Positions 36,978-47,040 are shown, counted from the first letter of the stretch. The stretch: 64,000 nt of DNA from Alphaproteobacteria bacterium (GCA_965214705.1 CBDCCI010000002.1:1120001-1184000); one strand, 5' to 3'. Translations and numbers: made by a program. Notes: a model not told the origin generated them from the letters alone.

Positions 36978-37234
36978 CATTGCTTTATTTCGCCTGGGTC
37001 CGGGAGCGGATCGGCCTCGATACCGAGGAGGTCGCGTTGCCCGCCGATGTGCGGACGGTGGCGGCGCTGCTGGACTGGCTGCGGAACCGGGGCGGCGGCT
37101 ATGCCAGCGCGCTCGAGGACCTCTCGGTCATCCGCGTCGCGGTCAACCAGGAGTTCGCCGCGCCGGATCACGCGGTCGCCGACGGCGACGAAATCGCGCT
37201 GTTCCCGCCGGTGACCGGTGGAGTCCGGCCGTGA
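36974..37234 (+). CDS. moaD: molybdopterin synthase sulfur carrier subunit
   Basis: LYFAWVRERIG, AVNQ, FPPVTGG (followed by VRP before the stop); ATGA coupling. Confidence 0.93.
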   Translation: MTLLYFAWVRERIGLDTEEVALPADVRTVAALLDWLRNRGGGYASALEDLSVIRVAVNQEFAAPDHAVADGDEIALFPPVTGGVRP

Positions 37235-37695
37235 TCCGCGTCCAGCGGGAGGACTTCGATATCGGCGCCGAGATCGAGACGCTGACGGGCGGCAACGACG
37301 AGATCGGTGCCGTCGCGTCGTTCGTCGGCATCACCCGTGCCGACGCGGGCAAGGACGCCGGCGACGCGGTCACGGCGATGACACTGGAGCACTACCCGGC
37401 GATGACCGAGAGGCAGCTCGCGGACATCGAGGCCGAGGCGTGCCAGCGCTGGGACCTCACCGCATCACTGATCGTCCACCGCTACGGCAGGCTCGAGCCC
37501 GGTGATCGCATCGTTCTCGTGGTGACCGCGGCGGCCCATCGGCGCGCGGCGCTCGATGCCTGCGCCTTCCTGATCGACTGGCTCAAGACCAAGGCGCCGT
37601 TCTGGAAGCGCGAGGAGACCGCCGAGGGTGACCGCTGGGTCGCGGCGCGCGACGCGGACGACCGCGCCGCCGAGCGCTGGCACAGCGGGTCATAA
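37231..37695 (+). CDS. moaE: molybdopterin synthase catalytic subunit
   Basis: GAVASFVG, LEHYP.M, HRYG.L, LKTKAPFWKRE. Confidence 0.96.
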   Translation: MIRVQREDFDIGAEIETLTGGNDEIGAVASFVGITRADAGKDAGDAVTAMTLEHYPAMTERQLADIEAEACQRWDLTASLIVHRYGRLEPGDRIVLVVTAAAHRRAALDACAFLIDWLKTKAPFWKREETAEGDRWVAARDADDRAAERWHSGS

Positions 37696-37758
37696 TCCGG
37701 CTACCGAACCTTCAAACAACGAAACGGCCGCTCGTCACGGTTAGCACCCCCAGTTCTC

Positions 37759-38703
37759 ATGTCGGTTGTTGAGCGAATTTTGGTTATCAAGCACGGCGCG
37801 CTCGGGGATTGGGTCCTCGCCACCGGGTGCTTCGCGGCGATCCGCCGCCATCATCCGTCTGCGCGCATCACCCTGCTGACGACGCCGGCCTTTGCCGAGT
37901 TGGGCGGACGTTGCGGCTGGTTCGACGAGGTTTGGACGGACGAACGTCCGAGCATTCTGGCCGATCCCCTGGCATGGATCAGGTTACGCAGGCGCCTGAT
38001 CGAAGGTGAGTTCCTGCGCGTCTATGATCTCCAGACATCGAGCCGCACCGGGCATTACTTTCACATGCTGCCGCGCCGCTGCCGCCCCGAATGGTCGGGG
38101 ATCGCCGTTGGATGCTCGCATTCCCACCGCAATCCCCAACGGCCGTTCATGCACACGCTAGAGCGTCAGGCGGAACAGCTTGGCATTGCCGGCATTGGGG
38201 ACGTGCCGGCACCCACTCTCGAGTGGCTGGATGCCGATATCTACGCGTTGACACCGCCCGGCGCCTTCGCGCTCATCGTGCCGGGGGGATCGGCACACCG
38301 GCCGGAAAAGCGCTGGCCGTCCCGGCGGTTTGCCGACCTCGCCCGGCTCTTGTCCGCACGCGGCATGATCCCCGTCCTGACCGGCGCGGAGGCCGAGGCG
38401 TCGGTCCTCGATGACATCGCGGGACACGTGCCAAGAGCAATTAATTTGGGCGGTCGCACCAGCCTGGGTCAGGTCGCCGCCCTGGCGCGACGCGCGATGT
38501 GCGCCGTGGGCAACGACACGGGTCCCATTCATATCGCTGCCACGGTCGGCTGCCCCACCGTCGCGCTGTTCGGCGCCGGCTCCGACCCCATCCAATATGG
38601 GCCGCGCGGCGAGGCGGTAGAGGTCCTGCGTCGCGTGCCGCTCGCGGGCCTGCCAGTCGCTGACGTCATTGCCGCGGCCGAGCGGATTGCGGTGCGCGCC
38701 TGA
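37759..38703 (+). CDS. glycosyltransferase family 9 (ADP-heptose:LPS heptosyltransferase-like)
   Basis: ILVIKHGALGD, KRWP, GNDTGPIHIAA, ALFG. Confidence 0.9.
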   Translation: MSVVERILVIKHGALGDWVLATGCFAAIRRHHPSARITLLTTPAFAELGGRCGWFDEVWTDERPSILADPLAWIRLRRRLIEGEFLRVYDLQTSSRTGHYFHMLPRRCRPEWSGIAVGCSHSHRNPQRPFMHTLERQAEQLGIAGIGDVPAPTLEWLDADIYALTPPGAFALIVPGGSAHRPEKRWPSRRFADLARLLSARGMIPVLTGAEAEASVLDDIAGHVPRAINLGGRTSLGQVAALARRAMCAVGNDTGPIHIAATVGCPTVALFGAGSDPIQYGPRGEAVEVLRRVPLAGLPVADVIAAAERIAVRA

Positions 38704-38709
38704 CAGACC

Positions 38710-39972
38710 GTGAGGCGCGAAATGACCCCGCCTACTTTGAGCAGCGGCGACGAGCGCGGTGAAACGCGGGGCTTGAGCAGGCCGAGGCGACTCTTGACCG
38801 CGATTTTCTGTGCGTTTGCCCTGCTGCTGCCGATCGTCAGCGTCGCGGCGCCCAAGGGCACCGTGGTGCTCCTGCTACTCGCGGCGGCCCTCGCCGTTCC
38901 GACCTATTGGTGGGCGAACAGGCGAATCCCGGTTCCCGATTTGAGGATAGTGATCGCCCTTGCGCTATTCGTCGCGTGGTGCGCGATCGCTTCGGCCTGG
39001 AGTGTCGACGCCGCACGCTCTCTTGGGCTCGTGCTCCGCATCACCGTGATCCTCGCGGCCGGCATGGCGCTGTTCCCTGTCGCGGCCGCATTGGACGAAG
39101 CGGTGAGGAGAGAGATCGGCCGATGGCTCGTCGTCGGGTTAGGCCTGAGCCTTGCTTTCGTGGTCGTGGAGACGGGGCTCGACTATCCGGTGCTTCGACA
39201 ATTCAAGACGGCGGAAGCCGGAAAAGAGGCGGTTTGGTTCAATCGTGGCGCTGTTGCGATGGCGATGATTGTCTGGCCGGTGACCGCCTTTCTCTGGAAG
39301 GGAAGGCTAGGTTGGAAGGCCCTCTTTGTTCCCGTTTTGCTCGGAACCGCTTCGCTATTTCTGGAAAGTGAGTCAGGGACGCTCGGTTTCGCCGCGGGCA
39401 TCGCGGTCGTACTGTTGGCCGTCATTCATCGCAAGGCCGGTCAAACAATCACCATTGCGGCAACCCTTTTGGCGTTTGTCGCAATGCCCTTCGTAGCTCT
39501 GGAACTGCACAATCACGGGTGGCATCGGGCGGACTGGCTGCCCGCATCGGCCCAGCACCGCGTCGAGATTTGGGACTTTTCCGTCCAGCGTATCGCCGAG
39601 AAACCCGTATTCGGGTGGGGTTTCGACGGTTCCCGTCACATGGGATCGTTGTTCCCCACACCTAGCGACACCGGTCGCGACATCGCAGCCTTGCACCCCC
39701 ATAGCGCGCCGCTGCAAGTCATGCTCGAACTCGGTGCCGTCGGCGCCGTTATCGCGCTCGCGTTACTGTGGCTCGTCGTGATGCGTTTAGACCGGGAATC
39801 CAACCTCACACGGATGTTCGGGCAGGCCCAATTCGTCGCCACAATGGCCATTGGCTCCGTTTCGCATGGCGCTTGGCAAAACTGGTGGCTCGCCCTGGTC
39901 GTTTCTGCAGCCCTTATGATTTCTCTCACCGCGGAACCGAGCGAGCCCAAGGAAGCGATGGAAAACAACTGA
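38710..39972 (+). CDS. O-antigen ligase family (WaaL/Wzy_C) membrane protein
   Basis: multi-TM; HRVEIW, PVFGWG, LHPH..LQVMLELG. Confidence 0.85.
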   Translation: MRREMTPPTLSSGDERGETRGLSRPRRLLTAIFCAFALLLPIVSVAAPKGTVVLLLLAAALAVPTYWWANRRIPVPDLRIVIALALFVAWCAIASAWSVDAARSLGLVLRITVILAAGMALFPVAAALDEAVRREIGRWLVVGLGLSLAFVVVETGLDYPVLRQFKTAEAGKEAVWFNRGAVAMAMIVWPVTAFLWKGRLGWKALFVPVLLGTASLFLESESGTLGFAAGIAVVLLAVIHRKAGQTITIAATLLAFVAMPFVALELHNHGWHRADWLPASAQHRVEIWDFSVQRIAEKPVFGWGFDGSRHMGSLFPTPSDTGRDIAALHPHSAPLQVMLELGAVGAVIALALLWLVVMRLDRESNLTRMFGQAQFVATMAIGSVSHGAWQNWWLALVVSAALMISLTAEPSEPKEAMENN

Positions 39973-40058
39973 GGTGAGGGCCCCAACCTCCAGGCCGGGA
40001 TGACGTGTCAGGAGAGTCGCGGGAAACCCGCGCCCATATACAATGCTGGCGCGCCGGC

Positions 40059-40940
40059 CTAATCCCGTGCGCGCACCGTCGTCGCGTAGTCCGCCATCAG
40101 GGTGCGGGTGACTGGCCCGACCTGGAAGTTGTGCTCGTCGATCGCGCCGACCGGCGTGACCTCAGCAGCGGTGCCGGTGAGAAAGATCTCGTCGCTCTTC
40201 GGGATTTCGTCGGGCATGATCGCGCGCTCGATCACCTCGTAACCGCGCTTTTCTGCGAGCTCGATGACCATGCGCCGCGTGATGCCGTCCAGGAAGCAAT
40301 CCGGCGACGGTGTGTGAATCACCCCGTCCTGGACCAGGAAGATGTTGGCGCCGGTCGCTTCGGAGACCTGTCCGCGCCAGTCGAGCATCAGCGCATCGTG
40401 GCAACCCTCCCGCTCGGCTTCGTGCTTGCTGAGGGTGCAGATCATGTAGAGCCCGGCGCATTTCGCCTTCACCGGTGCGGTATCCGGCGCCGGCCGGCGC
40501 CAGCGCGCGGTCTTCAGCTTGATGCCTCGCGTGACCGCGTCCTCGCCGAAATAGGCCGGCCACGCCCAGGCGGCGATCGCCACGTGTATCGTGTTGTGCT
40601 GCGCCGAAACACCCATCATCTCGGCGCCGCGCCAGGCCACCGGCCGCACGTAGCCGTCGCCGATGCCGAGCCTGTCGACGACGAGCTTGGAGGCCTCGAC
40701 CAGCACATCGCGGCTATAGGGGATTTCGAAACCCAGCGCGTCAGCGGAATCCAGGAGGCGTTGGGTGTGCTCTTCGACCTTGAAGATGCGGCCGTCGTAG
40801 ACCCGCTCGCCTTCGAACACGCAGCTCGCATAGTGCAGGCCGTGGCTCAGCACGTGCAGCTTCGCGTCGCGCCACGGTACCAGCGCGCCGTTGTACCAGA
40901 TGTCTCCGTCGCGATCGTCGTAGGGTATGAGGTCGGCCAT
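40059..40940 (-). CDS. ilvE: branched-chain amino acid aminotransferase
   Basis: HGLHYASCVFEG, EATGANIF, LDGITR, FLTGTAAEVTP; ATG 40940 (MADLIPYDDRDG). Confidence 0.95.
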   Translation of the reverse strand: MADLIPYDDRDGDIWYNGALVPWRDAKLHVLSHGLHYASCVFEGERVYDGRIFKVEEHTQRLLDSADALGFEIPYSRDVLVEASKLVVDRLGIGDGYVRPVAWRGAEMMGVSAQHNTIHVAIAAWAWPAYFGEDAVTRGIKLKTARWRRPAPDTAPVKAKCAGLYMICTLSKHEAEREGCHDALMLDWRGQVSEATGANIFLVQDGVIHTPSPDCFLDGITRRMVIELAEKRGYEVIERAIMPDEIPKSDEIFLTGTAAEVTPVGAIDEHNFQVGPVTRTLMADYATTVRARD

Positions 40941-41004
40941 GGCGCTCACGGATGGTCGGTGGGTGGTCAGAAAGCTGTTGCGCTCCCTATCATCGGCCTG
41001 CATA

Positions 41005-41025
41005 TAAGTCAACGTGACTGACGTA
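41005..41025. promoter_or_regulatory. palindromic candidate operator between ilvE and the MarR gene
   Basis: TAAGTCA-acgtgac-TGACGTA (GTCA-N7-TGAC) overlapping the MarR GTG start. Confidence 0.45.
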
Positions 41026-41496
41026 AAGGCCGGGCCCAATCCGCTCTATCTGCGTGAAGACCAGCTTCACGAGGCGATGGAGCTGCTGTTCTTCGCCTAT
41101 CGGGATTTTACGACCGAATGCGATGCGATCCTCGCGTCCCACGGCTTCGGGCGCGCACATCACCGGGTCGTCTATTTCGTCGGCCGCAATCCGGACATCT
41201 CGGTCACTGCGTTGCTGGAGATTCTGAGAATCACCAAGCAAAGCCTGTCGCGCGTGCTTGGCCGGCTGGTGAGCGAGGGTTTCGTGACGACCCGGCAGGA
41301 CCCCGCCGACGGACGCCGCCGGTTGCTCGCCCTCACGGCGAAAGGCCGGAGTCTGGAGAGCCGCCTGTCCGCGACCCAGCGGGCCCGCATTGCCAAGGCT
41401 TACCGCAGCGCGGGCGGCGTCGCCGTGGAGGGATATCGGGAGGTGTTGATGGGAATCATCGACGAGGCTGACCGGCGCCGCTTCCACCGGCCCTGA
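41014..41496 (+). CDS. MarR family transcriptional regulator (PetP-like)
   Basis: ELLFFAYRDF, FGRAHHRV, ILRITKQSLSRVL, DGRRR. Confidence 0.92.
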   Translation: MTDVKAGPNPLYLREDQLHEAMELLFFAYRDFTTECDAILASHGFGRAHHRVVYFVGRNPDISVTALLEILRITKQSLSRVLGRLVSEGFVTTRQDPADGRRRLLALTAKGRSLESRLSATQRARIAKAYRSAGGVAVEGYREVLMGIIDEADRRRFHRP

Positions 41497-41541
41497 GACT
41501 GACGTGTCGGATCGGCCCGTCCGGCGAGGGACGATGCGTCG

Positions 41542-42276
41542 ATGAACGACGAGGGCGCAGCGACCAACGCCGCCCACCGCGAGGCGCCGCCGGCCGAGGC
41601 GGAGCACATCCTGGTAGTGGACGACGACGACCGCATACGCACGCTGCTCGGCCGCTACCTGCGTGACAATGGCTATCACGTCTCCACCGCGAGCACGGCC
41701 GCCGAGGCGCGGGCCAAGCTCGACGGTATGACCTTCGACCTGATCGTGCTCGACGTGATGATGCCGGGCGAATCGGGCGTCGAGTTCACGCACGGGCTGC
41801 GTCGCTCGGACGCGGTTCCGGTCTTGCTGCTCACGGCCATGACCGAGCCGGAAGACCGCATCGCGGGGCTGGAAAGCGGCGCCGACGACTATCTGACCAA
41901 GCCCTTCGAGCCGCGCGAGCTGCTGCTGCGCGTCGCCACCATCCTGCGGCGCACGGCGGCTGCGCCCCCTGCGACGCCCGAGACCTGCGTCGTGATGGGG
42001 GAGGTCCGCTATTTTCCGGCGCGGGATCAGCTCTTGCGGGGCGACGAGCCGGTACGGCTGACCACGGCCGAGGCCGACCTCCTCCGCGTCTTCGCTTCCA
42101 ATCCGGGAGAAACGATGAGCCGGCACGCGCTGAGCGAGCGTCTCGGCGGCGGCGCCTCGCGCCGCGCGATCGACGTGCAAATCGCCCGGCTTAGGCGCAA
42201 GATCGAGCCGGAACCCCAGCATCCCCGTTACCTGCAGACCGTCTGGGGCCGAGGCTATGTGCTGCGAGCCGATTGA
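41542..42276 (+). CDS. OmpR/PetR-family response regulator
   Basis: ILVVDDD, LDVMMPG, GADDYLTKPF, RLRRKIE, QTVWGRGY. Confidence 0.95.
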   Translation: MNDEGAATNAAHREAPPAEAEHILVVDDDDRIRTLLGRYLRDNGYHVSTASTAAEARAKLDGMTFDLIVLDVMMPGESGVEFTHGLRRSDAVPVLLLTAMTEPEDRIAGLESGADDYLTKPFEPRELLLRVATILRRTAAAPPATPETCVVMGEVRYFPARDQLLRGDEPVRLTTAEADLLRVFASNPGETMSRHALSERLGGGASRRAIDVQIARLRRKIEPEPQHPRYLQTVWGRGYVLRAD

Positions 42277-42306
42277 GCCGCGGCGTCCGCCGGGAGAGCG
42301 TTCGCC

Positions 42307-43635
42307 GTGAACCTGCTACGCACATTCATGCCGCGTGGCCTGTTCTGGCGGGCGTTCCTGATCATGCTCATCCCGCTGATTCTGGTTCAGGCAACGGTGG
42401 TCTACATCTTCTTCGAGCGACACTGGGATACGGTGAGCAACCAGCTGGCGTTGGATGTCAGCGGCGATGTCCTCTCCATCATGCGCATGGCCGACGGCGT
42501 GACCGACCCCGCAGAGCGCGCCCGGATCGACGAGATCGCCCGGCGAGAGATGCAGTTCGGGGTCGTCTTCGAGGATGGCGCGGTGCTGCCCGACGAGGCT
42601 CCGCGGCAGAGCGGTGGCATCTCTTACGAAATGCTGCACCGGCAGCTCGACCAGCGCATCGGGGCCCCCTACCACCTCGACAGCACTCTGCCCGACAAGG
42701 GGATGACAATTCGGGTCCAGCGGCCGGACGGTGTGTTGACCCTGCTGACGACAACCAGGCGCTTGCGGGAATCGACCACCGTCCTGCCCTTCCTGTGGAT
42801 GGCAGGGATGGCACTCGTGGTGACGACGATCGCCGTCCTGTTTCTGCGTAACCAGGTTCGTCCGATCAGGCGGCTGGCGGCTGCCGCCGACGCGCTGGGC
42901 AAGGGCCGGCCGGTGAGCGACCTCAAGCCCGCAGGCGCGTCCGAGGTTCGTCTCGCGGGTGCCGCCTTTCTGGAGATGCAGGGACGGATTCAGCGTCAGA
43001 TCACGCAGCGCACCGAGATGCTGGCCGGGGTCTCTCACGATCTCCGGACGCCGCTGACGCGGGTGCGGCTGCAGCTCGCCATGTTGGCCGATGCGCACCC
43101 CGATTCGCGGGCCGAGATCGCCGAGTCCGAGCAGGACCTGCTGCTCATGGAGCACATGATCGACGAGTACATGGCCTTCGCACGCGGCCAAGGCGGGGAG
43201 GCGCCGGTCAGCACCGACCTTGCCGAGATCATCGACGACGTCACGGCAGACGCCCGCGACAAGGGCAGGGCGATCACTCTCGAGGTCGAGCGCCCCCTGG
43301 TCATGGCGCTCCGGCCGAACGCCATCCGTCGCTGCCTCACCAACCTGGTGGAGAACGCCGTACATCACGGCGCGCAGGTCGCGATCAGCGCCGTCCGCCG
43401 GGACGATGTCGTCTCGGTGGCGATCGAGGACGACGGGCCGGGCATTCCCGAAGAGCAGCGGGAGGAGGTGTTCAAGCCGTTCTTCCGGCTCGACGACGCG
43501 CGCAACCCGCGCACCGGCGGGGCCGGTCTCGGCCTTGCGATCGCACGCGATGTCGCCCGCGGGCACGGCGGCGATATCCGCATGAGCGGGGGCTCGCTCG
43601 GCGGCTTGCGTGCCGAGCTCCGCCTACCGGTCTAG
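42307..43635 (+). CDS. EnvZ-like sensor histidine kinase
   Basis: two TM, HAMP, SHDLRTPL, NLVENA, DDGPG, GAGLGL. Confidence 0.95.
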   Translation: MNLLRTFMPRGLFWRAFLIMLIPLILVQATVVYIFFERHWDTVSNQLALDVSGDVLSIMRMADGVTDPAERARIDEIARREMQFGVVFEDGAVLPDEAPRQSGGISYEMLHRQLDQRIGAPYHLDSTLPDKGMTIRVQRPDGVLTLLTTTRRLRESTTVLPFLWMAGMALVVTTIAVLFLRNQVRPIRRLAAAADALGKGRPVSDLKPAGASEVRLAGAAFLEMQGRIQRQITQRTEMLAGVSHDLRTPLTRVRLQLAMLADAHPDSRAEIAESEQDLLLMEHMIDEYMAFARGQGGEAPVSTDLAEIIDDVTADARDKGRAITLEVERPLVMALRPNAIRRCLTNLVENAVHHGAQVAISAVRRDDVVSVAIEDDGPGIPEEQREEVFKPFFRLDDARNPRTGGAGLGLAIARDVARGHGGDIRMSGGSLGGLRAELRLPV

Positions 43636-43644
43636 GTCAGAGAC

Positions 43645-44289
43645 TTACCCGGCTTCGGCGGGCTGGGCCTCGCGCCAGCCGCGGCGCGGCGCGAGGCGGC
43701 AGAGCGAGCGCGTCATTCGGTCGAGGCGCTTGAGCCGCCGGTCGAGCGCGGCCATGGTGCGCGCCATGTCCTCGCTGTCGTCATGGATCCAGACCCGGAG
43801 CATGGTGAGATAGAGCGTACACAGCGCGTTCACCCGAAGCTCGCCGCGCAGACCGGCGCTGCTCAAATCGGCCGCTTCGAGCATCCAGCGCATCGAGCGC
43901 CGCATCGTGAGCGACCCGCACAGGACGCCCTCCGGGTTCGACGGGGCGCTCCGCACGATCGCGACGACCCCGTCCCTGTGCGCATTCAGCAGATCGAAGC
44001 GCTTCATCAGCACGTCGAACAGGCGCTCGGTGGCCGGGCGTCCGGCCATCTCGGGGTCCCGCGCGGCCAGCACCTCGCGGTCGACACTAGCAGAGTAGGC
44101 CGCGACGATGGCGCTCTTGGAGGAGAACTCCGCGCGCAGCTCCGCGAGGGAGATCCCAGCCGCCTCGGCGATGTCGCCTAGGCTGGCCCGCGCCCAGCCG
44201 CGGCTCGCGGCCAGTGTCAGCGCACTCTCGATGATGGTCTGGGGCACGTCCTTGCGCCTGCCGGCCCCTGCTGCAGTCTTCCTTGGCAT
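43645..44289 (-). CDS. TetR/AcrR-like protein
   Basis: HTH (LGDIAEAAGISL..F.SK), RLFDVLMKRF, DMARTMAALD. Confidence 0.8.
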   Translation of the reverse strand: MPRKTAAGAGRRKDVPQTIIESALTLAASRGWARASLGDIAEAAGISLAELRAEFSSKSAIVAAYSASVDREVLAARDPEMAGRPATERLFDVLMKRFDLLNAHRDGVVAIVRSAPSNPEGVLCGSLTMRRSMRWMLEAADLSSAGLRGELRVNALCTLYLTMLRVWIHDDSEDMARTMAALDRRLKRLDRMTRSLCRLAPRRGWREAQPAEAG

Positions 44290-44372
44290 GGTCCTGCACC
44301 TCGCCGCCGCCACCAGAGCCTGAAGTGTAGGCCGCGCGAAATCCGGCGGTCAACGCGCCCGCGGTGGTCCGA

Positions 44373-45191
44373 CTACGAAGGCGCGAGGGCGCGGCTACGC
44401 TCGGTAGCGGCGCGCACCGCGCGGGTCATGAGCGGGCTGAGCCCGTCCGCCGCCATCAGGACGGAGAGCGCGGCCTCCGTGGTGCCGCCGGGGCTGGTCA
44501 CGTTGCGGCGAAGCTGGGCGGCGTCGTCTTCCGCCTGGGCCAGCAGGGCGCCGGCGCCGCTCACCGTGCGCTCGGCCAGCAGGCGCGCGAGGTCCGCAGG
44601 CAGTCCGGCATCGATGGCGGCCTCGGCCAGGCATTCCGCGAGCAGAAAGACGTAGGCCGGGCCGCTGCCCGAGACCGCCGTCACTGCATCCATGTGGGAC
44701 TCGTCGTCGATCCAGGCGACGGCCCCCACCGCCCCAAGCAGCCCCTCGCAGAGCACCTTCTGATTCCAACTGGCGGCCGAATTGGCCCAGGCGACGGTCA
44801 TGCCCTCGCCAATGGCGGCCGGAGTGTTGGGCATGGCGCGGACGATGGGCACATCGCCGAGGTCACGCTCCAGCAGGGCGGAGGGCCAGCCGGCGGCGAT
44901 GGAGAGGTGCACGCAGTCCGGGCCGCCGAAGCCCGCGTACCGGGGCACCACATCCGCCATCACCTGCGGCTTGACCGCGAAGACGATCGCCGCGGGATTG
45001 AGCGTGACGGGCAGGGCGCCGGGCTCGCTCACGCGCTCCACCCCGAGCGGAGCGAGACGTTCGGCCACGCCGTCGTCCGGCTCGACGATTCTGAACTGCG
45101 CGGCCTCCAGGGGCCCGCGCAGCCACCCGGCCGCGAGCGCGCCGCCCATCCTGCCGCCGCCGACCAGGACGATGGGGCCGGGAGCCGTCAT
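44373..45191 (-). CDS. proC: pyrroline-5-carboxylate reductase
   Basis: GGGRMG, AVKPQ, RAMPNTP, AVSGSGPAY, VTSPGGTT. Confidence 0.96.
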   Translation of the reverse strand: MTAPGPIVLVGGGRMGGALAAGWLRGPLEAAQFRIVEPDDGVAERLAPLGVERVSEPGALPVTLNPAAIVFAVKPQVMADVVPRYAGFGGPDCVHLSIAAGWPSALLERDLGDVPIVRAMPNTPAAIGEGMTVAWANSAASWNQKVLCEGLLGAVGAVAWIDDESHMDAVTAVSGSGPAYVFLLAECLAEAAIDAGLPADLARLLAERTVSGAGALLAQAEDDAAQLRRNVTSPGGTTEAALSVLMAADGLSPLMTRAVRAATERSRALAPS

Positions 45192-45694
45192 CAGGCCCTC
45201 CCGCGCGGTTCCATGAGCGCCGCCTCGAAGGCTTCCTCGGGCGCGAGGCCCGCCTGGATCACCTGCTGGAAGGCCGGATAGAAGCGCTCGCACTCGGCAA
45301 CGCCCACGGTCACCACCTCGACGATCTGCGAGTCCTCCACGCCCTGGGTGCCGCGCAACAGGAGCGCATGGCGCCAGGTCGGCCGACCTTCCTCGGCCCA
45401 GAGGTCGAAGTGGCCGACCCACAGGCTCTCGTTGATCAAGTTGACCAGGGCGCAAACCGCCGGCCGTCGCTCATCGGGCACGCCCATGTCGAAGCCGCTG
45501 GCGAAATGCAGCACGTCGAGATCGGCGCGGTAGGCGAACCAGAGCTGATATTCGCACCAGCTACCCGTCAGCGAGCCGGTAAGGTCCTCTTCGCCCATGC
45601 GCTCGAACGAGAGCCGGCTCGCCATCATCACCCGCTCGACCGCATCGAGCGTGTCGCTGGACAGGCGCTCCGGTTCCACAAGCGACACCGCCAT
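45191..45694 (-). CDS. YbjN domain-containing protein
   Basis: GSWCEY, INESLWVGHFDLW, ECERFYPAFQ; coupled to proC; GGCGATGAG upstream of ATG 45694. Confidence 0.85.
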   Translation of the reverse strand: MAVSLVEPERLSSDTLDAVERVMMASRLSFERMGEEDLTGSLTGSWCEYQLWFAYRADLDVLHFASGFDMGVPDERRPAVCALVNLINESLWVGHFDLWAEEGRPTWRHALLLRGTQGVEDSQIVEVVTVGVAECERFYPAFQQVIQAGLAPEEAFEAALMEPRGRA

Positions 45695-45832
45695 CTCATC
45701 GCCCCGTCGTCGTGCCGTCACACGCGGCAGGCGCTTCTGCCTACCACATGTGACGCTAACTACAATAGGATGGGATGGCGAGATAGAAAATCCCAAAATG
45801 TTGCGTCTTGGGGTCCCAAAGGTACCGGCGGG

Positions 45833-46390
45833 CTAAATCGGAAGCTGCGGCGCGGCGCCGTCGGGCAAGGGAACGCGATGCTCGTTCAGTGTCATCGCGA
45901 TCATCGCGTAGTAGCCGTTGAGCGCCGTGAGCTCGACCGTGCCGGCGGGGCCGAACAGCGCGAGCGCCTTGTCATAGGTCTCGTCGCTGACCGCGCGGTT
46001 GATCTGCAGCTCGCAGGTGAAGTCGTAGACCGTCACCTCGTCCTCGGCCGAGAGCGGCGGCGGACGCCGATGCTTGATCGCCTCGATCACCGCGTCCGGC
46101 AGGCCCGCGCGCGCCGCCTCGGCCGCGTGCCAGTGCCATTCGTACTGGCACGACCAGTGGCGGGCGACCGCGAGGATCGCGAGCTCGCTCAGGCGCGGCT
46201 CCAGGCTGGTCTCGTAGCGCAGCAGTGCGCCCAGCGCCTGCACGCGGTCCGCAAGCTCGGCATTGTGCAGGAGCGCCATGAAGAGGTCGGGCACCGTGCC
46301 GCGCGGCCCGCTCCGAATCGCCTCGCAGACCCGGCGCTGATCGGCTGTCAGCTCCTCGACGCTGGGCAGCGGCAGGCGGGATGCAGTCAC
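45833..46390 (-). CDS. carboxymuconolactone decarboxylase (AhpD-like) family protein
   Basis: [28 protein letters not shown]; GTG 46390 overlaps gpt stop. Confidence 0.85.
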   Translation of the reverse strand: MTASRLPLPSVEELTADQRRVCEAIRSGPRGTVPDLFMALLHNAELADRVQALGALLRYETSLEPRLSELAILAVARHWSCQYEWHWHAAEAARAGLPDAVIEAIKHRRPPPLSAEDEVTVYDFTCELQINRAVSDETYDKALALFGPAGTVELTALNGYYAMIAMTLNEHRVPLPDGAAPQLPI

Positions 46391-46887
46391 GCCGCGCCCC
46401 GCTCCCCGCCGGCCGCCTCGCGCTCGGCGATCGGCGGCACGAATTGCAGGTCGGTGTCCCAGGGGAAGAAGATCCAGGTGTCCTGGCTGACCTCGGTGAC
46501 GAAGGTATGCGCCTCGCCCCGCCCGGCCGGCTTGGTATAGACGCAGGCGAAGTGGGCCTTCGGCAGCATCTCGCGGACGATCCGGGCGGTGGCCCCGGTA
46601 TCGGCGAGATCGTCGACGATCAGCACGCCCTCGCCGTCGCCGGCGACCGGCTTCAGGACTTGCGCGGAGCGCTGATCCTGGTGGTCGTAGGAGGAAATGC
46701 AGACGGTGTCGATCAGGCGGATGTCCAGCTCGCGCGCGACAACCGTCGCCGGCACCAGGCCGCCGCGGGTGACCGCGACGATGCTGCGCCAGGGGCCGAG
46801 CTCCGCCAGCCGCCAAGCGAGCGCGCGCGCGTCCCGATGTAGCTGATCCCACGAAACCGGGAAGCCTTTTGCGTATCGTTCCGTCAT
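46387..46887 (-). CDS. gpt: xanthine(-guanine) phosphoribosyltransferase
   Basis: [37 protein letters not shown]. Confidence 0.95.
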   Translation of the reverse strand: MTERYAKGFPVSWDQLHRDARALAWRLAELGPWRSIVAVTRGGLVPATVVARELDIRLIDTVCISSYDHQDQRSAQVLKPVAGDGEGVLIVDDLADTGATARIVREMLPKAHFACVYTKPAGRGEAHTFVTEVSQDTWIFFPWDTDLQFVPPIAEREAAGGERGAA

Positions 46888-47040
46888 CTCGTTCCCCGTC
46901 CTGAGCCGTTGTCGCGTCGGCGCACATGCAACCGGACAACGCCCGGCGGAGCAAGGGGACCATTGTCCGTGGAACCGGGGCGGCATGACGGCAGCCGCGC
47001 CGCCTTTCGGTGCCGGCCCGATACGGGTAAGAAGCGGCAC

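Noticed and set aside
39973-40058. Possible tRNA/ncRNA between the ligase and ilvE
   Set aside because: Only a short CGCGGG-AAA-CCCGCG hairpin; no cloverleaf or T-loop motif
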